DNA of 63,767 nt, the filler included, from Vannella sp. (taxonomy: Eukaryota), in NCBI GenBank assembly GCA_023345925.1. It is 7 parts of 7 records of this genome, joined end to end, with 100 filler letters (N's around TTAATTAATTAA, not from the genome) between each part and the next. Parts side by side here need not be neighbours in the genome. Positions count along the whole stretch, not along the records: positions 8,627 to 21,948 come from JAJQQN010000796.1; positions 22,049 to 36,291 come from JAJQQN010000594.1; 5 more parts are not named here. One strand, 5' to 3'. The notes under the pieces are model-generated. The model did not search any database and was not told where the DNA came from. It saw only the letters and a program-made list of their open reading frames with translations. Position numbers and translations under genes: made by a program. Positions 12,872-22,763 of the stretch are shown one piece after another. Every line of letters begins with the position of its first letter. The first letter of the stretch is position 1.

Positions 12872-13483
12872 ATGATGAGCCGACCTGCTGATGCTACAAA
12901 GCTGTCTAAAGCTATGTCTCGCTTGCTAAGACATGCTGCTGAGAAGGAGGGGCTGACGATGGACGAGGGGGGCTTTGTAGAGGTTGGAGAGCTTTTGAGA
13001 CACAAGTCTTGCCGCGGGTTCACCTTGCAGGACCTTCAGGCTATCGTGGCTCAGTGCCCAAAGCAGCGATTCTTTCTTGAGACTCGAGGTGATATGTTCT
13101 ACGTTAGAGCCAACCAAGGACACAGCCTTCATGTCAACGTGGAGATGGAAGTGATCGAAGATGGAACGGGTGTTGTTGCAGTGCACGGCACCTACTTTAA
13201 GGTGTGGGACTCTATCAAGCGAACTGGACTCTCCCGTATGGGCCGACAACATATCCACCTGTCTGCCGGCGAGCCTGGCGCCAGCGGAGTCATCAGCGGG
13301 ATGCGCGCTTCTGCTCAGTTGATGATCTACATCGATGTCCCTCTTGCTATGAAGGACGGTATCATCTTCCTCCGGTCCGCCAACAACGTGATCCTCACAG
13401 AAGGTGCTGATGGGTTCCTGGCTCCAAAGTACTTTCTTCGAGCGCACGATGTCAAGCGAAATCAGGACATTCCCACTCAATAG
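12872..13483 (+). CDS. TPT1: tRNA 2'-phosphotransferase (Tpt1/KptA)
   Basis: SRLLRH, KQRF, RANQGHS, HGT, LSRMGRQHIHL, SGMR and NNVILT motifs. Confidence 0.96.
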   Translation: MMSRPADATKLSKAMSRLLRHAAEKEGLTMDEGGFVEVGELLRHKSCRGFTLQDLQAIVAQCPKQRFFLETRGDMFYVRANQGHSLHVNVEMEVIEDGTGVVAVHGTYFKVWDSIKRTGLSRMGRQHIHLSAGEPGASGVISGMRASAQLMIYIDVPLAMKDGIIFLRSANNVILTEGADGFLAPKYFLRAHDVKRNQDIPTQ

Positions 13484-13525
13484 AGCCTTTGAGAGTCGCA
13501 GTTGTCTAATTTATACATCGTTAGG

Positions 13526-15188
13526 TCATCTGCTGTCCTCCCACTTGCCAAAGTCGGTCAAAACATTCGCAATGTCGGAAACTAAATCAGTCAAAGTCAA
13601 GTAACTTCCAAAGGGAGGGCGTGTGGGGGGAATGTAGTGAATACCCCAGAGATTATGCAAGCTTTGAGCACGATCCAGTCGGCCCATGAGTTCACATTCA
13701 TCGTCCAGATCCTCTCGAAGCCTCTGGGAAAGTTGACCAGTAGAGCTGATCCTCCAAAGGCATTGGTCCACAAGAGAGGGCACGACGAAGTCTACCACTC
13801 GTGTGGAAAATCCATATAGAGAGCGGTAAATTGGGACATGCCAAACGTCTTGGGAGGGCGAAGTAACTCCTAAAAAGATGACTCCTGGGACTGATGATTG
13901 AAGGTAAAAGAGATAACTCCCCACTATCCGCTCTTTCAGAAGAGACTCAACGCTGTCTTTCGTTTTGAAGCCAGCAAAATAAATAGAACTCCCTAATTTC
14001 AGCTCTTTCTTCCGGATGAGGGATGACTCAATCAGGCGACTGAGGAAAATGCAATAAGAGTCCGTTTGCAAACGCTGTCCTCGCAAGGGTTCGTAAATGA
14101 ATTGACCACGAAGGTTCAATTGCTCAATTTTGTCGTTCACTGAAAGCATTCTGCAGAAAGCGCGGAGTCCTCGAGCATGAATGTAATTGCTTTCCAGGTT
14201 TAAGTGAGTTACTGTCCTGTTTTGAACCAGTGCCTTCGCCAATGATAAGGCACCCGCATCCGTAATTTGGTTGTTTTTCATATTAATGGAAGTGATTGAC
14301 GTGTTAAAGCGAAGAGAATCAGACAGGAAATCAATTTCCTCGTCAGTCAGGTTCAATAACTCGTCATTCCCTGAGCAATGGGAAGTAAATTCCCTTAAAA
14401 TAGTGTTGTCTCGAAGTGCTCTAAAGATGGCCTCCCCCACAGCACCTTTGAGAGGCAGGAGATCGGGTGCAACATAATCAACATAACAGTAACGAACGAA
14501 TGTCCTTCTTCCACCCTGGGTATCAGAGAGATCCCATTGGAGAGATACCAACTCCTCTGCATTTGCTAGTAGAAGATCAAGCAGAGTTTGGACCAACTGC
14601 TGGCTGAGGAAATAAGTCAAAAATCGTTTGGAATTCGACTAAATGGAGCTCGAAATACCTTGTCTGACGGAGGAACTGGCCTGGATCGTGACAAGTGAGT
14701 TCTCCAATGGGAGATGTAAGGTACTGGCAATCCTCTACGAGCTGTGTGAGTGAGGAGAACACTTTTTCAGGGCTTGGGGACTCGGATAACGCGAAGCCGC
14801 CTTGCTGTAAGGCATAGATCACCTCGTGGTGTATCCCTTCTTCCTCTACATATGAAATAGCGAAGCAACGCGCCATAGAGCTCGGCCTGAGGGCTAGAGG
14901 TCAGAATCTTTTGAATGGTTGGACCGCTTCGCACCTTAGAAGGAAAGTCCCAGGGTCTCTGTCCCTGAGAAGTGTCAAAGCTCCTTCTCTATTGAGCCCT
15001 GTGTGAAACCAAGGCTGCTCCACATCAACCTGGCGCGTCTCAAAAGTAATGAGCAACGGAAAGCCAGACACCAGCCCACGTGGCTTGTCCTCATCCTTAT
15101 CGCAGTTCTTATACACCGAGACTAGTAACGCAGGTGGTACATGAGGAGAGATTGGAAATCTCTTATCCTCCTCTTCCTCTTCCTCCAT
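13526..15188 (-). CDS. SH2-LRR-degenerate SH2 protein (Dictyostelium LrrB-like)
   Basis: WFHTGLNREGA...GTFLLR|PSSMARCFAISYV (SH2; intron 14887-14934), RI-type LRRs (NNQITDAGALSLAKAL), and a second SH2-like unit at the C-terminus. Confidence 0.8.
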
Positions 15189-15220
15189 CAAGCGCCTTCA
15201 AAATAATGACCGAAAAAGGA

Positions 15221-15300
15221 GAGGGGAAATGCCCACCGTGAAATGAAGGGGAAATGTCCTGTTTCGAGGGGAAATGTCCCGTTTCGAGGGGAAATGCACC
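15221..15300 (+). repeat. Four AGGGGAAATG copies (three at 20-bp period) upstream of the SH2-LRR gene
   Basis: Copies start at 15222, 15247, 15267 and 15287. Confidence 0.9.
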
Positions 15301-15337
15301 GAAACCGAGAGGAACTGGTCAGAAGGAAGAGAGGATG

Positions 15338-16754
15338 TTACTCTTTAGATGTTGAGTGAGTCGGGAAGCGTAGCTGATCGACCAGGAAGAGGCTGTGTTC
15401 GAAACCAGCAGAGACTTGTTTGACTTTGTGTGAGCGTAGGAAGGCAATGGGTCTGGCGAGAGGATATCCGTCCGTGTCGCCGTGGCCAAGTTGTCCAAAG
15501 CGGTTGAATCCCATACTGTAGGCGACTCCCAGCTCAGAGACGCACAAGGTATGGTAGGGTGAGCACGAGATATCAACAATTCGCTTGCTTGACAGGCAGG
15601 AGACTATCTCAGGGTACCCGTACTCTCCTCTATCATTCATTCCCAGCTGGCCTTCACTGTTACTGCCCCATCCGAACACTTCAAAGTCATCGCAGATGGC
15701 AAAACAGTGAACACCACTCAAGTGGACACTCCTGACTCGCCTTTCTAAGAGGCTTCCTTTCACTTGCTCTGGTCTGGCGACAGCTCTGACCTCCTCGCTT
15801 CTTCCTGAGCCCATTTGGCTGTGTTCGTTGGATCCCCACAGAAATAGTTCGCCGTTCCCTGTTCAGGTGAGCCAGTCGATGAGTACTCTCTCCTTGCAAT
15901 GAAGCAAACGCACGAGAAATGGCAGCAGAGGTGTCCCCACCAGCTGCAATGAAGCGAATCTCTGGAAGGTCTTCGAGTTGGACTGGGATCGACTGATGAT
16001 CACTGTTCCCATGGCCTAACTGACCTTCCACTCCATTGCCCCAAGTGAATACCTGAGAGGGATCTGTTAGTCGCCATCCGAAGGGGCCTCTCTTGCCACA
16101 ACCTTTCCATCGCCCGTTAGAGCCAAACTGTGCTCGAATCCCACGGCGATCTGGATGACTGGGTAGTCACAGGACTGGAACTTTCCTATAGTGTGAGGGA
16201 AGGAGACTCCTGCTCCCTCTTCAGAGCGCCCTCCGATCCCGCATTGCCCAAGTTCGTGAGAACCAGTACCAAAGACGTGGATGTCGCCGTCTCTGTTCTC
16301 TGCCAGGATGATGTTGTGTTCCATTCCTGCTAGGGCTTGCTTGATCTTGTATCCTGAGAGGCCCTCCACAGGGGTCGGCTTCTGTGTTCCATTGGAAGAA
16401 GGCATGACCACTCCCGGCCACTTCGAAGAGCCCCATACCCACAGCTGGCCATCGTCTGGACGATCTTGATCAATACCAGGGTCTATGATGTACCCTCCTA
16501 CCTGTCACTCCAAGGGAATGAGTGCGAGACGTCGAAACTTGAACGAACTTTTGATCCTCGCTCAACCCCACGATGGGACGAGGAATCAACGACGACCAAC
16601 CGATGGCTTCCCCCGGTCCACCAAAGATCTGATTGTGTTCGTTACACCCCGCACCCCACACTGACATCGAATGGACAGCGTGCTTCTCCGCGTGCTTCTT
16701 CAAAGCCGACGCAAACGCGCCTCTCCGTACCTCCCACGCCAGCCGCCCTGCCAT
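15338..16754 (-). CDS. RCC1-repeat beta-propeller protein, spliced, possibly mitochondrial
   Basis: Repeated GQLG, GFEHSL and WGSNSEGQLG motifs over several exons; Arg/Ala-rich N-terminus MAGRLAWEVRRGAFAS. Confidence 0.85.
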
Positions 16755-16811
16755 CACTGAAGGGTCCTCCAAAGTATGCCACTTGAAGGCTTTCTCGTTT
16801 TCATTCATTGG

Positions 16812-17620
16812 AATGCCCTTTGGCCACCACACGCTCCTCCTCTCCCCAAAGGAGTCCTTTTGGTGCCAGCAACTACGGCCAACTCGGTCTGGGTCAAGGA
16901 GACCGTGACTACCCGGTAGAAGTCCCTATAGAAAGGCTCCACAGCCGGTTCAGGTGGACTGGGGATGGAAACACTCCCTCGTCCTTGATGTGGAGGGCGG
17001 TTTGTGGCAGGCTGGTAGCTCCTGCTCCTCTCATTCTTCCTTTCTCACCTTTCTGCAAGCAACGGAGTTGTCTTGTATCGCTTTGGCGGCTGCTGGCTCG
17101 GATCTCGCTGGCTCCATCGACATTGAAGGCCTTCCTTTGTCTTCTCTGCTGGAGGCACCTCCAATGGATTACTGGGCGCTCTTCTGAAGATCGTATGAGG
17201 TTGCATCAGATCAAGAACATCCCTCCCATGCTTGCAGCCTCCTGCGGAAGCTCTCACACTCTCTCTCTGGATGAGAACGGCATCTGGGCCTGAAGATTCC
17301 ACCTTCAGGGGATGGGATGGAGAAGGGAAACAATTCTCATCAGCTCCATCCCACTCTGGCACCTTTGTTGAAAGGAATCAGCGCCCTGGTTGCCAAACGG
17401 GAAGGCACCAGCGTTCCCACAGGAAGGCTTGATGGTCTTTGGGTGGAACTTCCATGGACAACTACGACTCAACCACGATCAAACCACTCCTACGAATTGT
17501 CCAGCTCTCCCTCATTCATCCACCCGCAGCAGACAGAAGAGTGCCCGCTCCCTTTGCCAGACCACCAAAGAGGATCGATCCGCTCCCTTCTTCGTCCAAC
17601 AATCCCGTTTGAGTGCTTGA
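16812..17620 (+). pseudogene. Decayed RCC1-repeat gene
   Basis: RCC1 motifs (GASNYGQLGLG, WGWKHSLVLD, CGSSHTLSLDENG, VFGWNFHGQL) are scattered over different frames with stops and no evident introns. Confidence 0.75.
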
Positions 17621-17724
17621 TAACCTCCATCTCTTATTTCTGGCGAAATCCAATTAATCTGTGCTTGGGTTGTTGAGATGGGCGTCAAAAAGATCCATTT
17701 TCTTCATCGCCTTCCCATCGAAGG

Positions 17725-18367
17725 ATGGCGCAGGTGTTTGATAGAGTGCATAAGGTTGTGTTCGTTGGTGACTTTGAAGCGCATAAGAGTGAGCTGATAC
17801 AGCACTGCGCGAGTGAGCCGGTGGAAGAGTGAGTGAGAGGGGTTCTGTGGAAGTCTTTGGGGCTGATGAAGGATGAAGGAGCAGAATCAACTTTCGTACT
17901 CGAATAGAAGAGTTTGCTGGGGTCTACCACAAGTTCCAGCTGTGGGATACGACGGGACAAGAGCCATTTGGCTCAATTTCGAAAGGTTCGCTCTTGTTGT
18001 CGCTCCTTCACCTATTCTTAAGTGTGCACAGTCTTCATCCGAGGTACAGACGTCATCGTATTCGTCTACAATCCCTCCAAGCGAGACACATTCGAGAACA
18101 TCCCCAAATGGAAGACGGATACGGATGACAATCAGTGCGCCAAGCTCATGGTCGCTTACCCTTTCGATAGTGCTCCAATCATGGTATGCACTCTCTAACA
18201 TGAATGGAATCCACCGTAACTGTGCCCATCAGGTGACCTACGAGGAAGCTCTCAGCTTTGCTAGGACGATGAGCTTCGACTTCTTGGAGGTTGATACAGC
18301 CGTTGATAAGGACTCTGGCAAGAAGATCTTCCAAGAGATCGTCCGACTGCGTTCCGTGAGCGAGTGA
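17725..18367 (+). CDS. Atypical Rab-like small GTPase (3 introns)
   Basis: Spliced product HKVVFVGDFEAHKS...FQLWDTTGQEPF...VIVFVYNPSKRDTFENIPKW...VTYEEALSFA. Confidence 0.8.
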
Positions 18368-18646
18368 GGAACTCGCTCACTGGAAATGCTCTCCATTAGT
18401 AAAGTGCCTCCATTAAGACCACCAGTGACCTCAACTAGAGGTGTTAGGGTGGTATCACCACCCTCTAACACTACCCTTACGCTACCAGACTCTCTGCTGT
18501 CTCCTGGACACTGCATTGTCGTGCCACTCGCCACAAAGGCTCTCTTCCACGGCTTCCCGAGACTCTTCCCAGTTTTGGGTGGCGAGGGAGGGACGGGCAA
18601 TGCTTCTGGCAGCTCATTTCTTCCGTGTTTGAGTTGATGAGCGGGT

Positions 18647-20206
18647 TTATGGGTGAGAGGGAAGAGGAATGTCCTCATCAGCAAGGAGACGAACTAATTG
18701 GTCGCGCATCTCCCCGCTGAGGTATTTGAGTTGGTCAGCGGCGTGGTGGAACGTCTTGAAGGCGAACACTTCGTTCTTTTCAGTACCGAGCCCGTGACGA
18801 TAGCAGTGGGCTTGGTAGAAGAGCCCGAAGGGGTGATGGCGGGCTGCCGCTTGGTTGAACCATCCCAGGGCGGCTCTCTCATTCTTGGGGAGGTGATAGC
18901 CCTCCAGGAAGCACATTCCAAGGTTGTAAGCGCTCTCATGACATCCTGACTGAGCAGCCAGGCCCCAATAGCGCACCGCCAGGGAGTTTTGGACCGGAGT
19001 GCCGATCCCAAGCATTGAGCAGCTCCCCAGATGGTACAGCGCAGCTACGTGCCTATACTCTGCTGCTGTGCTGATGAGTCTGATGCCATTGGTAAGGTCT
19101 TGAGGGATGCCAGCACCACGGAGGAAGCAGAGACCCAGATTGCAGATGGCATCGACGTCTCCTCGGTTTGACGCTTCAAGGAAGAAGTCAAAGGCCAGCT
19201 CAGGGAACGAGGTACGAAGAATAGCTCCTAGGTTGTTGATAGCTGCAGTATGGCCACCGCTAGCAGCCTCCTTGTAGAGACGGAGAGCCTCACCGAGGTC
19301 CTGCTCGTCCACAGCAAAGCCAAACTCGTAGCAGACCGCGCGGTGGAACTGAGCAGGAGGATAGCGAAGCTCATCGGCCTTGCGGTACCACCATTGGGAC
19401 ATGGCAGGGAAAGAGGTCAAGTAGTAGTTGGCCAGCTCGGTCTGGGCCACGGGGTCGTGGCGCTTCGCCCCGTTCTCATACTTAAGTAACATGATCGAGC
19501 TGTCGTCTTCCATACGGAAGCCGACAAACGGATCGTTCACGGGGATGGTGTAGAAGATCCTCTTCTCCACATTCTTCACATCTGGCAGTGAGGGCGGAGC
19601 GATCGATCCTCTCACTTGCTTAAAGTTACTGATCACTTCAGTTACAAAGGCTGAGCGCTCCTGGTGGCGGAACTCGTCCGCCAGGCTCTTGTTCTCGGGG
19701 TTGGAGATGCTCAACTGAGACAAGTTGAGCCGTGCCGTTGGGAATCGCTCTGCAAACTCGACCCAGAGCTTCCAGTAGTACTGACTCGTACCATACCCAT
19801 CGCCCAGCTCTTTGATGTCCTCTACCAGCTTCTTCACGCCTTGGTTGGTCCCATCGCAAGCTTCGATTTCCTTGCTCAGACGTGTGCATTCCTCCGCTAC
19901 AAACGCGCGAGCCTTTGTAGTGAAGCTCTTCCCTACTGGGGTCTTGTAGCGGAGGAAGTGAGCGGGGGCGTCGACGTGGATCTTGCGAAGACTGCGAAAG
20001 TAACCAGGCCTTTCAGGCTCATAGTCCTCCAGAGCCTCGAGGAAGGTTTCCAAAGGAGTAGATGGCTTCTTACTCTCCTGTTGAGCACTTTGAGAAGCGA
20101 ATCGCATCGACCTGGAGACCCCAGCAACAGGAAGGAACATTGGCAAACCTGCAAACTGCAGTTGCCCACGCGCAACGCCTAACCGACAAGCAGCTCTCCC
20201 TACCAA
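18647..20206 (-). CDS. Sel1-like repeat protein, probably mitochondrial
   Basis: Multiple SLR repeats (AICNLGLCFLRGAGIPQD, SAYNLGMCFLEG) and a presequence-like N-terminus. Confidence 0.88.
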   Translation of the reverse strand: MVGRAACRLGVARGQLQFAGLPMFLPVAGVSRSMRFASQSAQQESKKPSTPLETFLEALEDYEPERPGYFRSLRKIHVDAPAHFLRYKTPVGKSFTTKARAFVAEECTRLSKEIEACDGTNQGVKKLVEDIKELGDGYGTSQYYWKLWVEFAERFPTARLNLSQLSISNPENKSLADEFRHQERSAFVTEVISNFKQVRGSIAPPSLPDVKNVEKRIFYTIPVNDPFVGFRMEDDSSIMLLKYENGAKRHDPVAQTELANYYLTSFPAMSQWWYRKADELRYPPAQFHRAVCYEFGFAVDEQDLGEALRLYKEAASGGHTAAINNLGAILRTSFPELAFDFFLEASNRGDVDAICNLGLCFLRGAGIPQDLTNGIRLISTAAEYRHVAALYHLGSCSMLGIGTPVQNSLAVRYWGLAAQSGCHESAYNLGMCFLEGYHLPKNERAALGWFNQAAARHHPFGLFYQAHCYRHGLGTEKNEVFAFKTFHHAADQLKYLSGEMRDQLVRLLADEDIPLPSHP

Positions 20207-20382
20207 ACATCAGATCACCTCTAACCAAGACCCCAAAGCCGCTCCCCACCCCAGAACAACATACCAGCAGCGGCTGCACGCAAAGCCATGACACTAAACA
20301 ATGAACCCCACGCGCCCATTTAATATGCTTGAAAAGTGAATTATTATCGAAAAGGAATGGCCCGGTCCCGCACTGATTCGGG

Positions 20383-21948
20383 TCATTTAAAAGGCGGAGC
20401 GTTGGTGGAGGGATTGGATGTCTTCTTGGGATGAGGCGAGCAGCCAATGCACGAAAGAGTTGCATACTTTCTCGGAAGGATTTGGAGAACGCACTGAGGA
20501 GGAGGTGAGAGATGTTGGGGGGAAGATAGAGACTTACTGAGTTCCTTTTTGGCGGGGAAGGACATAATAGAGTTGGTTGAGTGGGAGTAAATCAAATTGA
20601 ACTTCAAAACAGTGTTGCCTTTGGACCATCGGATCTAGTAGAGTGTCAGCAGAATGAATCAGGTCAAATTCATCAGTCTCACAGTGAAGAAAATGGTTTG
20701 AGAGGAAAGGTCGTATCGGAATAATGTGTACTCCATCATTAGAGTGAATTCAGGAGTCTATCATTGCGTTGGCGTTGATTCTTAGTTCATAAAGGAAGAG
20801 AACAGAGAGCGGTCGAACGTACGTTCACATGGGGATGAAGGAGAGGAACAACGCTTTCGAGAACGTCGAAGGGCAACGACAATAAAACAGTGAATCCAAC
20901 AATGCAGCTCTCAGAGTAAGGTGGTCCCGATATCTACCAATCCATAGGATAAGAATCCGAGGGGAGAGTTCTTGTGTACTTACTGTGGAGAAGAATTTGG
21001 GAATGATAGCGAAAGTACTGTTCTCTGCAGCTGAGGAAGAAAGGTGAAGGCATTGGTCCTTGATAAAGACCTGGAATGTGTTCCCTGCTTCAGGCTTCAT
21101 TTGAACAAGTGAGAACTTGGCAGAGATCAAGTCGTTCTTCTTAGCAATTGTCAGGGAATCGGCAAGAAGTTGATGTTTCTGTTTCTGTTGGATTAAGTAA
21201 GATAAAGAAGGTGCCAGTGAGCAGTTCCTACCATCTGCTGGAGGAACGCTTCAATGTGCCCGAATAGATGAAGGCATCCCATCAATCGGTGAATCTTGAC
21301 CAGAGCAGAACCAAAATCTTCAAAGGGAACAAAGATGTTATCGTGTGGTTGCTGAGTGGCAGGGTAGTCACTTGCAAGGAGGGGCTGAAGTCCAACAAGA
21401 ACTGCTCTGTCACCAAATAAACTATCTTTTTTGATGAACAGACGTTTGGACCAGTCACAAATAACGACACCAGTGTTGTTGTTGAAGCGTAAATCGACTC
21501 CATAAGCCTTCCGAAAGGAGACACGAAGGATGGCAGTGTCCAAAGGAATGAAGCAAAAGTCTTTCGCGCGAATTGTGTTGGAGGCACACCAAGTAGACCT
21601 GAGAACTTCAAAAGAAGGAGCCATACGGGCAAGAGGAAGTAACACAGACTTGAGCTCTCGGTCTAGAGAAATTCGGCCTTCAAAAAACTTCTCAAAAGGA
21701 AGGCTTTGGCTACAATTGACAGTGAACATGGTTGTTCCTTGAGGCGTAATTGTCACTGTTTGAAGTCCAAGAGTTTTCAAGTTGTAGGAAAAGGTCACTT
21801 GGGATGTAGTGGTCATCGAGAGAGTGAAGAATTTTTTCAAAAACTCATTGTCTGTTGCCATACTGGCTTGAATCTTTTCCCATTGCTTCACCAATTCAAT
21901 AGTTTTGAGAAAGCGCTCAAATTCTTGCCATGGATAGAAGATGCCTTC
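20383..21948 (-). CDS. MED14: Mediator subunit 14, C-terminal part (5'-truncated)
   Basis: FCFIPLDTAILRVSFRKAYGVDLRFNNNTGVVICD resembles the conserved MED14 C-terminal motif as recalled; 3' end uncertain. Confidence 0.6.
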
Positions 21949-22048
21949 NNNNNNNNNNNNNNNNNNNNNNNNNNNNNNNNNNNNNNNNNNNNTTAATTAA
22001 TTAANNNNNNNNNNNNNNNNNNNNNNNNNNNNNNNNNNNNNNNNNNNN
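21949..22048. other. Artificial contig spacer
   Basis: N-TTAATTAATTAA-N, 100 nt. Confidence 0.99.
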
Positions 22049-22652
22049 CGAGAAGGGCCAAGGCCTTTGCTGCCGACGGAATCGTAGCTGCAGCAAAGGC
22101 CTTGGCCCTTCTCGTCAATGCCTCCGAGGACGTTGAAGGTATAGTACGGGAAGAATCGCTTGTAGTACAGCGTGTTGCTGAGCAGCTGGGCGATGGCAGG
22201 GGTCGAAGGATGGTGGCCATGTTGATGAACATACGACTCAATGCGATGCTGGAGCACTTTGTGCAGCGTCTTGATATCTGCCAACATTCCTGACGTGGCG
22301 AGAGTGGTTTTGGGTGTGCTACAAACGAGTAGACAGATGAGAACAGGGAAGAGAAGCTCCCAAAGACCTAAACACGTACAGCTGGATCACTTTGGTTTGA
22401 GAGCGAGTGCAAATGGAGTATCCATCACTGATACGAGTATCTGCTGCAATCACAGCAAAGTTGTCGCCTGCAACAGCCACACAAGTGCTATTCGCCCACT
22501 TCCCCATCAGTCTTCTCTCCCCCAACAGCTCCCCCGCCACTAGCAAGGCCTCCTTCCACATACCCTCCATTATTAACGTAAGGCGACCATTGAGCTACCT
22601 CACGAGGGCCAGCAAGCACCGAGGAAGAGCGGTCGAAGGCCGTGGACGCCAT
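22049..22652 (-). CDS. PSMB1: 20S proteasome subunit beta-6/PSMB1 (3'-truncated)
   Basis: WSPYVNNGG|TCVAVAGDNFAVIAADTR and LSNTLYYKRFFPYYTFN...YDSVGS. Confidence 0.93.
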
Positions 22653-22763
22653 GGCCGAGACAAGAGCGAATGAAACCTTCTCTAAAGCCCCAATAACCCA
22701 TCCACCACATGCTATGGTGAGATGTCACCCCTTTGAAGACATTTTGTGGTACGCAGGAGGGAG

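Noticed and set aside
6704..13483. Angel-like cyclic phosphatase as part of the tRNA-processing cluster
   Set aside because: It is separated from the tRNA/XPO5/TPT1 contig by an artificial spacer.
15247..15300. CRISPR-like short repeats
   Set aside because: The units are 20 bp and nearly identical, with no unique spacers and no cas genes, in a eukaryotic context.
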